Source of the DNA: an uncultured Pseudomonadota bacterium
GTDB taxonomy: Bacteria; Pseudomonadota; Alphaproteobacteria; Rs-D84
DNA: 64,000 nucleotides
Reading direction: 5' to 3'
NCBI GenBank assembly: GCA_947307295.1
Contig: CAMZIQ010000001.1
Location: 104,968-168,967 of the forward strand
A program made the translations under genes and the position numbers. Below the pieces are notes generated by a model. That model worked only from the letters and a program-made list of their open reading frames with translations. It made no database searches and was not told the DNA's origin. Shown piece after piece: positions 50,330 through 60,489 of this stretch. Each line of letters starts with the position of its first letter. Positions within the stretch are counted from its first letter, which is position 1.

Positions 50330-50611
50330 ATGAAAAAAATCACATTAGTATCATTAATCGCTTGTTCTGTAGCTGCTTGCTCTTTGTTAAATTCTGCAGA
50401 TGTTGGTCCAAAAATGGTTGTCACATGTCAAAACGTTTCTAATTCTATCACAGTGACCGCACAAGAAGCCGCTCAATTTGTTAAAGATGCCCAAGATAAA
50501 AAAATAACAAAAGACAGCCCTATATGCTTAAAAAATGAAGCCACAACAAAATTCTGCATTGAATTGTTAAGTGCTCCTTCAAAGAAATGTTCTGCGGAAA
50601 CAGTATTGTAA
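50330..50611 (+). CDS. Small lipoprotein (93 aa)
   Basis: Lipobox-like LIACSVAACS signal. Confidence 0.5.
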   Translation: MKKITLVSLIACSVAACSLLNSADVGPKMVVTCQNVSNSITVTAQEAAQFVKDAQDKKITKDSPICLKNEATTKFCIELLSAPSKKCSAETVL

Positions 50612-50615
50612 TAAA

Positions 50616-50656
50616 AAACCAAGCCCGTTTTCATTAACGGGCTTTTTCATACAAAA
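50616..50656 (+). terminator. Rho-independent terminator
   Basis: aagcccgtt-ttcattaac-gggctt followed by a T-run. Confidence 0.55.
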
Positions 50657-50681
50657 AATTTTTTGTTAAGGATATTATTTT

Positions 50682-52022
50682 ATGAAAAAATCAATACTTT
50701 TGGGTTTTGTTGCCGTTGTGCTTGCTTCGTGTACCGGCAGTTTTAACGAAACAAATAAAAATTTCCAATTGCAATTTGATTCCGGTCAATATGAACAGGC
50801 TGCGCAAACAATGGCTGCCGCAACAATTAACGCAGAAAAACCAAACAATATTTATCTTGGCGGTTTACAATGCGGTAATGGTTTTACATGGTCAAATAAT
50901 ATAGATGGGGCGATGAACTGTTTTTCGGCTTCGGATATGGTATTATCTGGTGAAATTCCCGAAGATTCATCATACGAAATCAAAAACTATGAAAAAATTA
51001 TGCTTAAAACATATCAAAGTATTAATGCCATAAGCCAACAAGATACATTCACAAAACAATTTTTAAATCAAGCATACGATTTTCAAAAATCAAACATCGA
51101 AGATAATGGCGAAGAAATAGAAAGCCTGCGCGAAAAATTCGCCAAAGACCAAGAAAAATTACATCAGGCTGGCGTTGGTTATATGCCCAGCATCGATGCA
51201 CTGGTCAAAGAAATAGAATCTCAACCCATAGATCCAGAAAATTCTGTGGTACCGATGAAAGATTTTGCCAACCCATATACAACATGGCTGATGGCTTTAT
51301 ACGATGGCGCAACAGGTGATAAAAACAACGCAAACAATGGTATGAAACGCGTTTCAGAATTTGCACCGAATAACTCGTTTGTAAAAACAGATATCAAAGG
51401 TTTGGACCAAGGAAGCGTATACATAGTTTTTGAAAATGGAAAGGTCGGCACAATACAAAAAAGACCTTTGATTCCAGAATCATTAAAGCCATTAACGCAA
51501 CCTCTTATGGCTTTGGGTATTAACGCTGGAATTAAACTAACAATACCTGACGTATATCCAGGGACAAAGGCTTTAACAAATTTATCTATCAGCACAGACA
51601 AAGAACAAGTAGATACACAATTTTTGGCCAGCATTGATTCAATCGTAAAAACTGATTTAGATAAATATAAAACATCAAATATAATGAAAGCCGTTGCTTT
51701 TGAAGTTGGAAAAATCGCAGCTGCCACAGTTGCTGGTATCGCCGCCCATGAAGCAGCCAAAGGTTCGGCATTTCAAGATATCTTGACTATGGCTGCCGTT
51801 GTTGGTGTTATGAGTGTTGAAAAACCTTGGGATTTAAGATCTTGGGATTCTATACCTAATGAAATTCAAACAGCACGCATCAGCATGCCATCAAATCGTG
51901 AAATTCTTGTAAATAACAATTTTATTGTTACAATACCAGAAGAAGCAAAAAACGCTATTGTATTCATTCGCATACCAACAGCTAACGCTGTTCCTGGTGT
52001 AGTGGTTGGAATACTAAATTAA
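50682..52022 (+). CDS. Lipoprotein (446 aa), first gene of a secreted/lipoprotein cluster
   Basis: Lipobox VVLASCTGS. Confidence 0.55.
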   Translation: MKKSILLGFVAVVLASCTGSFNETNKNFQLQFDSGQYEQAAQTMAAATINAEKPNNIYLGGLQCGNGFTWSNNIDGAMNCFSASDMVLSGEIPEDSSYEIKNYEKIMLKTYQSINAISQQDTFTKQFLNQAYDFQKSNIEDNGEEIESLREKFAKDQEKLHQAGVGYMPSIDALVKEIESQPIDPENSVVPMKDFANPYTTWLMALYDGATGDKNNANNGMKRVSEFAPNNSFVKTDIKGLDQGSVYIVFENGKVGTIQKRPLIPESLKPLTQPLMALGINAGIKLTIPDVYPGTKALTNLSISTDKEQVDTQFLASIDSIVKTDLDKYKTSNIMKAVAFEVGKIAAATVAGIAAHEAAKGSAFQDILTMAAVVGVMSVEKPWDLRSWDSIPNEIQTARISMPSNREILVNNNFIVTIPEEAKNAIVFIRIPTANAVPGVVVGILN

Positions 52023-52043
52023 TTATAACCAAAGGAAGAAACT

Positions 52044-52418
52044 ATGAAAAAACTTTTTGTTGTATTACCAGTAATTGGTGCATTGTGTGGATGTGCAGCC
52101 ACTACAAATTCAAACCCAGATAAAATCTTTTTAACTGGTCAATCGGGAACAGGATATATCAAAAACATATCTGTTGATGAAACATTTCCAACGAATAAAG
52201 AATTAAAAAAACTCACTATCCAAGGTGAATCTTACGCTGATGCGACAGTATACTATTCAGTCGTCTGGTTTGATAAAGACAATATGAAATTAAATTCAAC
52301 TTTGTCAAAATCAACTTTGGAACATTTGCGTAAGAATCAACCGTTTATTTGGACAGCTGTTGCACCAAGTCAAAAAGCAGAAGATTATAAAATCTATATT
52401 TCTGACCGCGCAATTTAA
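52044..52418 (+). CDS. Small lipoprotein, YcfL-like
   Basis: 124 aa, lipobox GALCGCAAT. Size and position immediately upstream of an LpoB-like gene, as for E. coli ycfL-lpoB. Confidence 0.4.
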   Translation: MKKLFVVLPVIGALCGCAATTNSNPDKIFLTGQSGTGYIKNISVDETFPTNKELKKLTIQGESYADATVYYSVVWFDKDNMKLNSTLSKSTLEHLRKNQPFIWTAVAPSQKAEDYKIYISDRAI

Positions 52419-52456
52419 TTCATAAAAAACAAAAAAAACTTAAAAAGGAGCAAAAA

Positions 52457-53065
52457 ATGACAAAAAAAATATCAACATTTATATTATGTATGGCATTGGC
52501 TTTTGCAACAACAGCCTGCACTACTCAAACAAAAGTAATTTCTAGTGCCGAATCATCAGAATACGTGACAGCAACTTTGTCTGAAGATGATTTTCAATCT
52601 GCCGCAAAAGAAATGCTGGATGATATGTTGTCTAATGAATTATCCAGTCCAAAGGCAAACGGGCAACCTTATGTTATGCTGATAAGCGATATCCAAAACG
52701 ATACAATGCAACGTATTAACACAGCAGATTTGACAGATTACATTAAAAAAGAACTTCGCAGAAGTGGTCGTGTAAAAACAACTGATGCATTTGGCGAAAA
52801 CAGAAGCAAAAACGTTGCTTTGTCACGTCAATTATCAGATTCTTCATTGGTAGACAAATCCACAGTTAAAAAGAACAATACTGTAAAAGCATTTGATTTA
52901 ACCTTAGAAGGACGCATCGCTCAAAGAAACAGCACTGTCGGCAAAAACAAAAAAATTGAATATATATTCTCTTTGAACTTGATTGACATGGCTGATGGCA
53001 CAGAATTATGGAGCGATAAAAAAGTCATCACAAAATTGACTGATAAAAACACTCAAACATGGTAA
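52457..53065 (+). CDS. Lipoprotein, LpoB/COG3417-like
   Basis: 202 aa, lipobox ATTACTTQ. Size and architecture resemble the penicillin-binding-protein activator LpoB family. Confidence 0.4.
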   Translation: MTKKISTFILCMALAFATTACTTQTKVISSAESSEYVTATLSEDDFQSAAKEMLDDMLSNELSSPKANGQPYVMLISDIQNDTMQRINTADLTDYIKKELRRSGRVKTTDAFGENRSKNVALSRQLSDSSLVDKSTVKKNNTVKAFDLTLEGRIAQRNSTVGKNKKIEYIFSLNLIDMADGTELWSDKKVITKLTDKNTQTW

Positions 53066-53084
53066 TTAACCAAAGGGATACAAT

Positions 53085-54134
53085 ATGAAAGGCATATTGA
53101 CAGTTTTGTTGGCATTGTTTTTAACAGTGCCAGCATTTGCAAAAATTGTTGAAACAACAGCGACTGGTCACGGTTCATCTGAATATATCGCAACCATGGA
53201 TGCCATAGATAATGCTGTTAGACAAACAAATAAAATATCTGTGAAAAATGATAAAAAAGTTGATTTGTCTGAAACACATATCGTTGGCAAAGACGATTCG
53301 CATATCAAAAGCAAGGGTTCAAAGAAAGTATCCATATGGGGCAAAGTCAAAGGATGGTTTGGCAACTCTTCCGGCGGTTCAGAATCTTTGGATGCAAACG
53401 CAGAATCTTCATATGATTATGAAAGAAAAGGTGGTGACCTGGAATATCACGACACTTCCATATCTCGCGAAATAGAAATGAAATACAAAGGCGTTGTTGA
53501 TAATTACGAAGTTGTCGAATCCAAAGAATCCAAAGGAAAATGGACAGTAAAAATCAAAGCCAAGATTAAGCAATTGGATGATTATGCTTCGCCTGATTTG
53601 GTAGACAAGGCCAAATATCGCGTTGCGATTGTTTCTTCTGGAAACAAAAACATGTGGGATTGTGTCGGCAGCAAAAAATCCAGCAAATACATTGAAGACA
53701 TTGCAATTAAAGATATGACGAATAAAATTGTTGCATCTAAAAAAATGTCTGTTGTAGAACGCAATCATTTGGATAAACAATTAAAAGAATTATCCTTGCT
53801 GGATAAAGATTTAGCAAATCCAGATAATGCAAATAAATTAAAACAAATCGCAATTGCTGATTATTTATTGATAGTCACAGTTGATTCATTTAACGCATCA
53901 ACAACAACCAAGACAATAGAATTAACTGGTGAAAAAGTGACCAGTGGTTCTGCAAACATAGAAATGTCTTATAAATTGATTGAAACTGCAACCATGGACA
54001 TTGTGGCTAGTGGTTCAGATTCAACAGATAAAACATTAAGCGGAAAAACCAGTTGTTCATCCATAGTTGATTCTATGACGAAGAAATTAGCAAATTCTTT
54101 ATCCGAAGATTTGTTAAAACAATTGGATAAATAA
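53085..54134 (+). CDS. CsgG-like secreted protein (COG1462-like)
   Basis: Signal peptide. Block RVAIVSSGN...IEDIAIKDMTNKIVASKKMSVVERNHLDKQLKELSL resembles the CsgG core (VAVLPF...VVERQ.L..VL.E..L). Confidence 0.45.
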   Translation: MKGILTVLLALFLTVPAFAKIVETTATGHGSSEYIATMDAIDNAVRQTNKISVKNDKKVDLSETHIVGKDDSHIKSKGSKKVSIWGKVKGWFGNSSGGSESLDANAESSYDYERKGGDLEYHDTSISREIEMKYKGVVDNYEVVESKESKGKWTVKIKAKIKQLDDYASPDLVDKAKYRVAIVSSGNKNMWDCVGSKKSSKYIEDIAIKDMTNKIVASKKMSVVERNHLDKQLKELSLLDKDLANPDNANKLKQIAIADYLLIVTVDSFNASTTTKTIELTGEKVTSGSANIEMSYKLIETATMDIVASGSDSTDKTLSGKTSCSSIVDSMTKKLANSLSEDLLKQLDK

Positions 54135-54149
54135 AAAAAACTATAAAGA

Positions 54150-54180
54150 AAAAAACACCACCAACGGTGGTGTTTTTTTA
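54150..54180 (+). terminator. Rho-independent terminator after the lipoprotein cluster
   Basis: acaccaccaacggtggtgt hairpin followed by a T-run. Confidence 0.6.
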
Positions 54181-54202
54181 TCATTATTGTTCTATTAAAC
54201 GA

Positions 54203-54502
54203 GTGGGCCCCTTTCACTCCGCTTCGCTCCGTCCAGAACCCAAACATTGTTTCACAATGTACGATTTCAAACCAATACACCACAACAAAATAAAAAATAC
54301 ACCTTTCGGTGTCTTTTTTATTTTGGTCGGAGTGGCGGGGCTGTAATTCCCACTCATTTCATTCGTGGGCCCCTTTCACTCCGCTTCGCTCCGTCCCGAA
54401 CCCAAACATTGTTTCACAATGTACGGTTTCAAACCAATACACCACAACAAAATAAAAAATACACCTTTCGGTGTCTTTTTTATTTTGGTCGGAGTGGCGG
54501 GG
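54203..54502. repeat. Tandem direct repeat, two copies of about 138 bp with a 162-bp period. Each copy ends in the 3'-terminal 17 nt of tRNA-Pro(GGG); copy 2 is fused to the intact tRNA
   Basis: Copy 1 is 54203-54340 and copy 2 is 54365-54502, nearly identical with two mismatches seen. Both contain the palindrome cattgtttcacaatg and the terminator hairpin acacctttcggtgt. Confidence 0.85.
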
Positions 54503-54562
54503 TTCGAACCCGCGACCTTTTGCCCCCCAGACAAACGCGCTACCAGGCTGCGCTACACCCCG
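54486..54562 (-). tRNA. tRNA-Pro (anticodon GGG), CCA encoded
   Basis: Manual fold of the reverse complement: acceptor CGGGGTG/CACTCCG, D-arm GCGC-AGCCTGGTA-GCGC, anticodon arm TTTGT-CTGGGGG-GCAAA, T-arm GCGGG-TTCGAAC-CCCGC, discriminator A, CCA. C1:G72 is typical of tRNA-Pro. Confidence 0.8.
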
Positions 54563-54753
54563 AAAAAAGTGGTCGGGGCAACAAGATTCCCTCGGCAATT
54601 CTTGCCTGCGGAGCAACCGTAACGATTTTGGTTCGTTAACACTTCCAAAATCTACTTGTTGTCGAACCTGTCATTGTTTCACAATGATAGATATCAAATC
54701 TGTACACCCACTTAAATCAAATAAAATACAACTTCGCTGTATTTTATTTGATT

Positions 54754-54830
<77 letters not shown>

Positions 54831-54874
54831 AAAACTTTCTGATTCTGCACCAACAACCCCAAATTGTCAAAAAT

Positions 54875-56125
54875 TTATTTAACCCGTTTCAAAATCAAAG
54901 TTGCGTTTGTACCACCAAAACCAAATGAATTGCTTAACGCGACATCAACTTTCCTTTTTTGTGCTTTGTTTGGAACCAGGTTAAAATCACCAACTTCATC
55001 AATCGGGTTTTCCAGATTTATTGTTGGTGGCACAATGTTATCACGAATCGCTAATACACTAAATACAGCCTCAATCGCACCAGCCGCACCCAACAAATGC
55101 CCTGTCATAGATTTAGTTGAAGACATACATGTTTTATTTTTATCAAACAGCGATTTAACAGCAACCAATTCACCCAAATCCCCAAGTCCTGTTGAAGTCC
55201 CGTGTGCATTGATATAATCAACATCTGTCGGTTTCATTCCAGCTTTTTCCAACGCAATTTGCATAGCACGTTTTCCGCCTGCACCTTCTGGGGCCGGGGC
55301 AGTAATATGATATGCATCTGCACACATACCAAACCCAGCAACTTCAGCATAAATTTTCGCACCACGTGCCTTGGCATGTTCATATTCTTCCAAAACCAAA
55401 ATTCCAGCACCTTCGCCAATAACGAAACCATCCCTGTCTTTGTCCCACGGACGTGAAGCCTTTTCCGGTTCATCATTTCTGCCACTTAACGCACGCATCG
55501 CAGCAAAACCAATGACACCCAAACGACATGCTGCAGCCTCTGTTCCGCCACAAATCATAATATCTGCATCACCACGTTTGATAATTTCTGCGCCCTCGCC
55601 TATTGAATGGGCCCCCGTAGCGCACGCAGTAGCCATAGCAATATTTGGACCACCAAAACCATATTTTATAGAAATATGTCCTGCTGGCATATTAACCACC
55701 GATTTAGGAACAAAAAACGGACTTACGAATCGTGGACCCTCTTTCATAATAACCACGTCGTTTTCCGAAATAGTAGACAGACCACCAACACCGCTACCAA
55801 CCGAAACGCCTATGCGATTTTTATCACCAGTATAATCCGTCAATCCAGCGTCTTTGATTGCTTCGTCCGCTGCAACCAGAGCATACATAATCGTCTTTTC
55901 CATTTTACGCTGTTCGCGCGGGTCAATAACAGAGTCAGGATTATAATCACCTGGTTCTGTTCCACGTTTTGGCATACCAGCAATTTGAGAAGCGACATCA
56001 GAAACATCAAATTCTGTTATTTTACGAACACCGCTTTTGCCATCTAATAAATTTTTCCATGCATATTCCACACCAGTTCCCACAGGAGAAACAATCCCCA
56101 TACCAGTGATAACAACTTTTTTCAT
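54875..56125 (-). CDS. fabF: 3-oxoacyl-[acyl-carrier-protein] synthase II
   Basis: 416 aa. Active-site Cys context ATACATGAHS. Characteristic HGTSTGLGD and GHLLGAAG motifs. Confidence 0.95.
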   Translation of the reverse strand: MKKVVITGMGIVSPVGTGVEYAWKNLLDGKSGVRKITEFDVSDVASQIAGMPKRGTEPGDYNPDSVIDPREQRKMEKTIMYALVAADEAIKDAGLTDYTGDKNRIGVSVGSGVGGLSTISENDVVIMKEGPRFVSPFFVPKSVVNMPAGHISIKYGFGGPNIAMATACATGAHSIGEGAEIIKRGDADIMICGGTEAAACRLGVIGFAAMRALSGRNDEPEKASRPWDKDRDGFVIGEGAGILVLEEYEHAKARGAKIYAEVAGFGMCADAYHITAPAPEGAGGKRAMQIALEKAGMKPTDVDYINAHGTSTGLGDLGELVAVKSLFDKNKTCMSSTKSMTGHLLGAAGAIEAVFSVLAIRDNIVPPTINLENPIDEVGDFNLVPNKAQKRKVDVALSNSFGFGGTNATLILKRVK

Positions 56126-56248
56126 AAAACAAATCCTTTGTTATAAATTATCAGTTAAATCATACACGAAAATATTCTGTAAATCAACGAGATAAAAAAG
56201 AAAGTCGCCATTTGCATGGCGACACAAAAAACAAAAAATTAAACTAAA

Positions 56249-56503
56249 TTATTTTTTTGCAGGAGCCGCTTTCTTGGCGTGTGCTTCGATATATTTCACA
56301 GCATCACCCACAGTTGCCAATTTTGTTGCTTCTTCATCTGGGATTGTGATATTGAATTCTTTTTCAACTTCCATAACAAATTCTACAACATCCAAAGAAT
56401 CTGCACCCAAATCATTCACAAAAGAAGCAGTTTCGGTGACCTTAGATTCATCAACACCCAATTTTTCACATACAATTTTTTTTACTTTTTCAAAAGTTGA
56501 CAT
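56249..56503 (-). CDS. acpP: Acyl carrier protein
   Basis: 84 aa, [17 protein letters not shown] phosphopantetheine attachment site. Confidence 0.95.
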   Translation of the reverse strand: MSTFEKVKKIVCEKLGVDESKVTETASFVNDLGADSLDVVEFVMEVEKEFNITIPDEEATKLATVGDAVKYIEAHAKKAAPAKK

Positions 56504-56640
56504 TTTATATCCTTTGTTTTCATTAATACTTTTGGCTCATGCTACTTAGCCGCCTTTCACTATAAAATACCATTTTCTGACTTATCTGTCAAGAAATTAT
56601 AACAAATGATAACAACACATTGATTTTTGGAAAAAATATT

Positions 56641-57639
56641 TTATATGAATAAATCTGCCAACAAATCATTCATATTTTCACGCAAAATATCCTTATCAGG
56701 ATTCCAAATCAAAGCATGCATCAAGAATTTATGCACATCATCCATCGTCACATTCGGAATACCTGCGCCAGTCACAATTCTTTTCCATGCGACACGCGGA
56801 TCAGTTAAATGAAATCTGCCCCGCCCCATAAACACCCATTCTCCATCTTGGGGCATGTCTTGCAGTAACAACACAGCCATATTAGATAGAGGCATATCCA
56901 ACCACAAATCATGATTAAAATCTAAATCTTCCCACCGCATTTTGAATATTTTCGTCTTTGGTGCAAAACCATAAATCAACATTAAAAAAGCAGAACGCAA
57001 ATTAACATCAGGCTCTTTTTTTATCGCATTCAATAATTTATTTAATCCAGATTTATTTAATTTTCTGACGCGTCTTACAACATTAATTCGTTCAATATTA
57101 TCCATCGGATTGTCTTTTCTGTACCCCGTAGATATCGCATAGTTAAACACGCTTTGTAATAATTCCTGCATACGCAAAGCCATTGCACGCCCAGAAATTT
57201 TATCCAATTCAATTTTTAAATCATCAGTCGTTAAATCTTGGATATTTTTTTCAAACAAACATCCAAAATGTAATTTAACAGCACGTTTTAATTTATTCAA
57301 AGAATCTTCACCACGACGTACTTTGGATTCCATATATAAATCAATAAAATCTTTAAACGAAATCTTTTTTCGTCTGATTGGAACTTTTTTGCAAGCTTCG
57401 TTTAACACTTCGCTAACTTTTGCGCGCGCATCTTCAATATCCATCTCGGGATAATTACCGATAATGATTCGTTTATCACGACCATTAACACGTTTACGCA
57501 CAAAAAAACTTTTAACACCACGTTGTGTTATATACATACGTAATCTCGGTTCAGACAAATCTTGGACAACATCAAAACCTTTTTCTGGTGATGGCAGATT
57601 ATCAAGAATATAAGTATTAAAGAAAAATTGATGTGCCAT
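56641..57639 (-). CDS. Tyrosine recombinase/phage-type integrase with P4-like N-terminal arm-binding domain; probably degenerate (box II Arg and C-terminal catalytic Tyr segment not found)
   Basis: N-terminal arm-binding-like region and box I-like FKMRWEDLDF. The expected HxLRH box reads HKFLMH. The ORF ends in NMNDLLADLFI with no RY-type catalytic Tyr motif. Confidence 0.55.
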   Translation of the reverse strand: MAHQFFFNTYILDNLPSPEKGFDVVQDLSEPRLRMYITQRGVKSFFVRKRVNGRDKRIIIGNYPEMDIEDARAKVSEVLNEACKKVPIRRKKISFKDFIDLYMESKVRRGEDSLNKLKRAVKLHFGCLFEKNIQDLTTDDLKIELDKISGRAMALRMQELLQSVFNYAISTGYRKDNPMDNIERINVVRRVRKLNKSGLNKLLNAIKKEPDVNLRSAFLMLIYGFAPKTKIFKMRWEDLDFNHDLWLDMPLSNMAVLLLQDMPQDGEWVFMGRGRFHLTDPRVAWKRIVTGAGIPNVTMDDVHKFLMHALIWNPDKDILRENMNDLLADLFI

Positions 57640-57654
57640 AATTTTTCCCTTTAT

Positions 57655-59448
57655 TTATTCACCTACTTTTAAAGCATTGATAAACGCAGTTTGTGGTATT
57701 TCTACATTACCAAAAGTGCGCATGCGCTTTTTACCTTCTTTCTGTTTTTCAAGCAGTTTTCTTTTACGCGTAATGTCCCCACCATAACATTTCGCAGTCA
57801 CGTCTTTGCGATATGCAGCAATCGTTTCACGAGCAATAATTTTTCCACCAATCGCTGCTTGAAGTGGGATTTTGAATTGATGACGCGGTATTAAATCTTT
57901 TAGTTTTTCAACAATTTGACGACCGCGTTTTTCCGCAGCGCTTCTATGACAAAGAAAAGATAATGGTTCTACATTTTCATCATTAACCAAAATTGAAACC
58001 TTTACCAAATCACTTACCCGATAGTCATATAAAACATAATCAAACGAAGCATAACCCGAAGAAAGCGATTTAACCCTGTCATAAAAATCAAATACTATTT
58101 CAGACAAAGGTAATTGATATACCAACACAGCACGATTACCAACATAAGAAATATTTTCTTGAACGCCACGACGTGCGGCACAAAGTTCCATAATCGCCCC
58201 CAGATATTTATCAGGCATCATAATTGTCGCGCGGACCCATGGTTCTTCAATAGATTCAATTCTGGTTATATCAGGCATATCGGCAGGATTTTCCAAATCC
58301 ACAACAGAACCATCACGCAAATGAATTTTATAAAGCACGCTGGGCACAGTATTTATCAAAGACAAATTAAATTCACGATTTAATCTTTCGCTGATAATTT
58401 CCATATGCAACAAACCCAAAAATCCACAGCGCAAACCAAATCCAAGTGCGGAAGATTTTTCCGTAGTAAACACAAACGAAGCATCATTAAGCGCTAATTT
58501 TTCCGCTCCTTCACGTAAATCAGGATAATCATTTGCCTCTACCGGAAAGAAACTTGAAAACACAACTGGTACCGATGGTTTAAAACCTGGCAACATTTCA
58601 ACTTCGCTTTTTGCATCACAAATCGTATCCCCAACTTTGCAATCATGAATTGTTTTCATCCCAGTAATAATAAAACCGATTTCACCAGTATTTAAACAAT
58701 CAACATTTTCCATTTTTGGTGTAAAATATCCGACCTTTTCAACAACGTATTCAGCGCCAGTAGCGATAAATCTTATCTTTTGACCACGCGATAATTTTCC
58801 ATCAACTACACGCACCAATACAACCACACCCAAATAAGAATCATACCACGAATCAACCAACAATGCACGTGTAGGCGCATTTTCAGAGCCACTTGGCGCA
58901 GGTAATTTATTAACAATTTCTTCTAATAATTCTGGAACACCTGCCCCAGTTTTACCAGAAACACAAAGAGCATCACTTGCATCCATTCCAATTACATCTG
59001 CGATTTGTTCACGTGTCCCAACAACATCACTTGATGGCAAATCAATTTTGTTTAACACAGGCAACATTTCCAAATCATTATCCAGCGCAAGATACGCATT
59101 TGCCAACGTTTGCGCCTGAACACCTTGGGTTGCATCAACTAAAATTATCGCGCCTTCGCATGCAGCCAGACTGCGCGAAACTTCATAAGAAAAATCAACG
59201 TGTCCGGGAGTATCCATTAAATTTAATTGATAAATTTCACCATTTTTTGCCTTGTATTTCAAACGCACAGTCTGCGCCTTAATCGTGATTCCACGTTCGC
59301 GTTCAATATCCATAGAATCCAAAACTTGGGCTTTCATTTCACGAGATTCAAGACCACCTGTGTATTCAATCAATCTGTCTGACAAAGTTGATTTACCGTG
59401 ATCAATATGTGCAACAATTGAAAAATTTCTTATATTTTCTTGCTTCAT
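57655..59448 (-). CDS. lepA: Elongation factor 4 (LepA)
   Basis: 597 aa, [17 protein letters not shown], LepA-specific C-terminal domain. Confidence 0.95.
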   Translation of the reverse strand: MKQENIRNFSIVAHIDHGKSTLSDRLIEYTGGLESREMKAQVLDSMDIERERGITIKAQTVRLKYKAKNGEIYQLNLMDTPGHVDFSYEVSRSLAACEGAIILVDATQGVQAQTLANAYLALDNDLEMLPVLNKIDLPSSDVVGTREQIADVIGMDASDALCVSGKTGAGVPELLEEIVNKLPAPSGSENAPTRALLVDSWYDSYLGVVVLVRVVDGKLSRGQKIRFIATGAEYVVEKVGYFTPKMENVDCLNTGEIGFIITGMKTIHDCKVGDTICDAKSEVEMLPGFKPSVPVVFSSFFPVEANDYPDLREGAEKLALNDASFVFTTEKSSALGFGLRCGFLGLLHMEIISERLNREFNLSLINTVPSVLYKIHLRDGSVVDLENPADMPDITRIESIEEPWVRATIMMPDKYLGAIMELCAARRGVQENISYVGNRAVLVYQLPLSEIVFDFYDRVKSLSSGYASFDYVLYDYRVSDLVKVSILVNDENVEPLSFLCHRSAAEKRGRQIVEKLKDLIPRHQFKIPLQAAIGGKIIARETIAAYRKDVTAKCYGGDITRKRKLLEKQKEGKKRMRTFGNVEIPQTAFINALKVGE

Positions 59449-59460
59449 TCATTCCTGCTT

Positions 59461-59811
59461 TTATTTATCAATATTACTTAACAGTTCTTCAATTCTATCT
59501 GCTTTTTCCAAAGTATCATCATAAACGAATCGAATTTCAGGCACATATTTTTGGTCTATTTTTTTTGCCAATTCGAATCGCACCATCTTAGTTATTTCAT
59601 CCAAACGTTTCTGGGTTTCATCTTTATTGGCGCGAACATAAAAGAACAATTTTACAAATTGCATACCACCATGAGATTCAGCCCCGACCAAAGACACGCC
59701 ACTTATTAACGAATCGTCAGAAAAATTACGTTGCAAAATTTCAGCAACCAAAGTTTGAACTTTGCTGGCTATTTTTTCACTTCTATTGGAATTTGTTTGT
59801 TTTTTTAACAT
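59461..59811 (-). CDS. rbfA: Ribosome-binding factor A (start taken at MLKKQT; the track ORF begins 17 codons upstream)
   Basis: RbfA pattern RSEKIASKVQTLVAEIL...VSLVGAESHGGMQFVKLFFYV...RFELAKKIDQKYVPEIRFVYD. Confidence 0.7.
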   Translation of the reverse strand: MLKKQTNSNRSEKIASKVQTLVAEILQRNFSDDSLISGVSLVGAESHGGMQFVKLFFYVRANKDETQKRLDEITKMVRFELAKKIDQKYVPEIRFVYDDTLEKADRIEELLSNIDK

Positions 59812-59913
59812 ATCTTTCTTTACCCTTTGCGGCAATGATACACCGGTATATAAAAAATACAAGTAAATTATTTATCTTGCAATACAGACAATGAATACAT
59901 TATCATAACTGCC

Positions 59914-60486
59914 ATGAAACTTATAAACAAAGTCTTGGAAAAATCATCAAAACCATGGTATGCATGGGTCGTTTTTTTGATGACAGTATGTGAATCTGTA
60001 TTTCTTTTTATCCCACCAGAAGTTTTCATGACACCAGCCATAGTAGCTGATAAAAAACGCGCAACTCCAATTGTTATATCCGCTGCAATTGGTTCTTTAA
60101 TCGGTGGTGCGATTGCATATCTGATTGGTTTTTGGGTATTTGATACTGTTGGTATTTGGCTAATAAATAATGTGGCCAGTATGGAAAAATTTGAACTGAC
60201 ACAATCTTTGTTTAATCAATACGGCATAATGATTATTATTTTGACAGCCGTCACACCAATACCTTATAAAATATTGGCCATATGTGCGGGCTTTTTACAA
60301 TATCCGATTTTAACATTTTTGGCGGTATCCGCTTTGTTCAGAACCGGTCGTTTCGCATTAGTTGGCTTTTTATTGTGGCGTTTTCAAAAGCAGGCAAATG
60401 AATTAGTCAAAAAATATTCACTGCAACTAACAATCGCGGCGATTATATTCGCAATGTTAGGATTGTTGTTTATATCGTTATTTTAA
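59914..60486 (+). CDS. DedA/YqaA-family (SNARE-associated domain) inner membrane protein
   Basis: 190 aa, 4-5 TM segments, motif CESVFLFIPPEVFM typical of the DedA/YqaA family. Confidence 0.55.
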   Translation: MKLINKVLEKSSKPWYAWVVFLMTVCESVFLFIPPEVFMTPAIVADKKRATPIVISAAIGSLIGGAIAYLIGFWVFDTVGIWLINNVASMEKFELTQSLFNQYGIMIIILTAVTPIPYKILAICAGFLQYPILTFLAVSALFRTGRFALVGFLLWRFQKQANELVKKYSLQLTIAAIIFAMLGLLFISLF

Positions 60487-60489
60487 AAT

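Noticed and set aside
51221-51760. 179-aa minus-strand ORF within the 446-aa lipoprotein gene
   Set aside because: Antisense overlap with a signal-peptide-bearing gene that is in an operon context. No independent support.
54195-54505. Possible CRISPR array suggested by direct repeats
   Set aside because: Only two copies of a 138-bp unit with a 162-bp period, containing a tRNA 3' fragment and a terminator hairpin, and no short regular spacers. This is a tandem duplication or att scar, not CRISPR.
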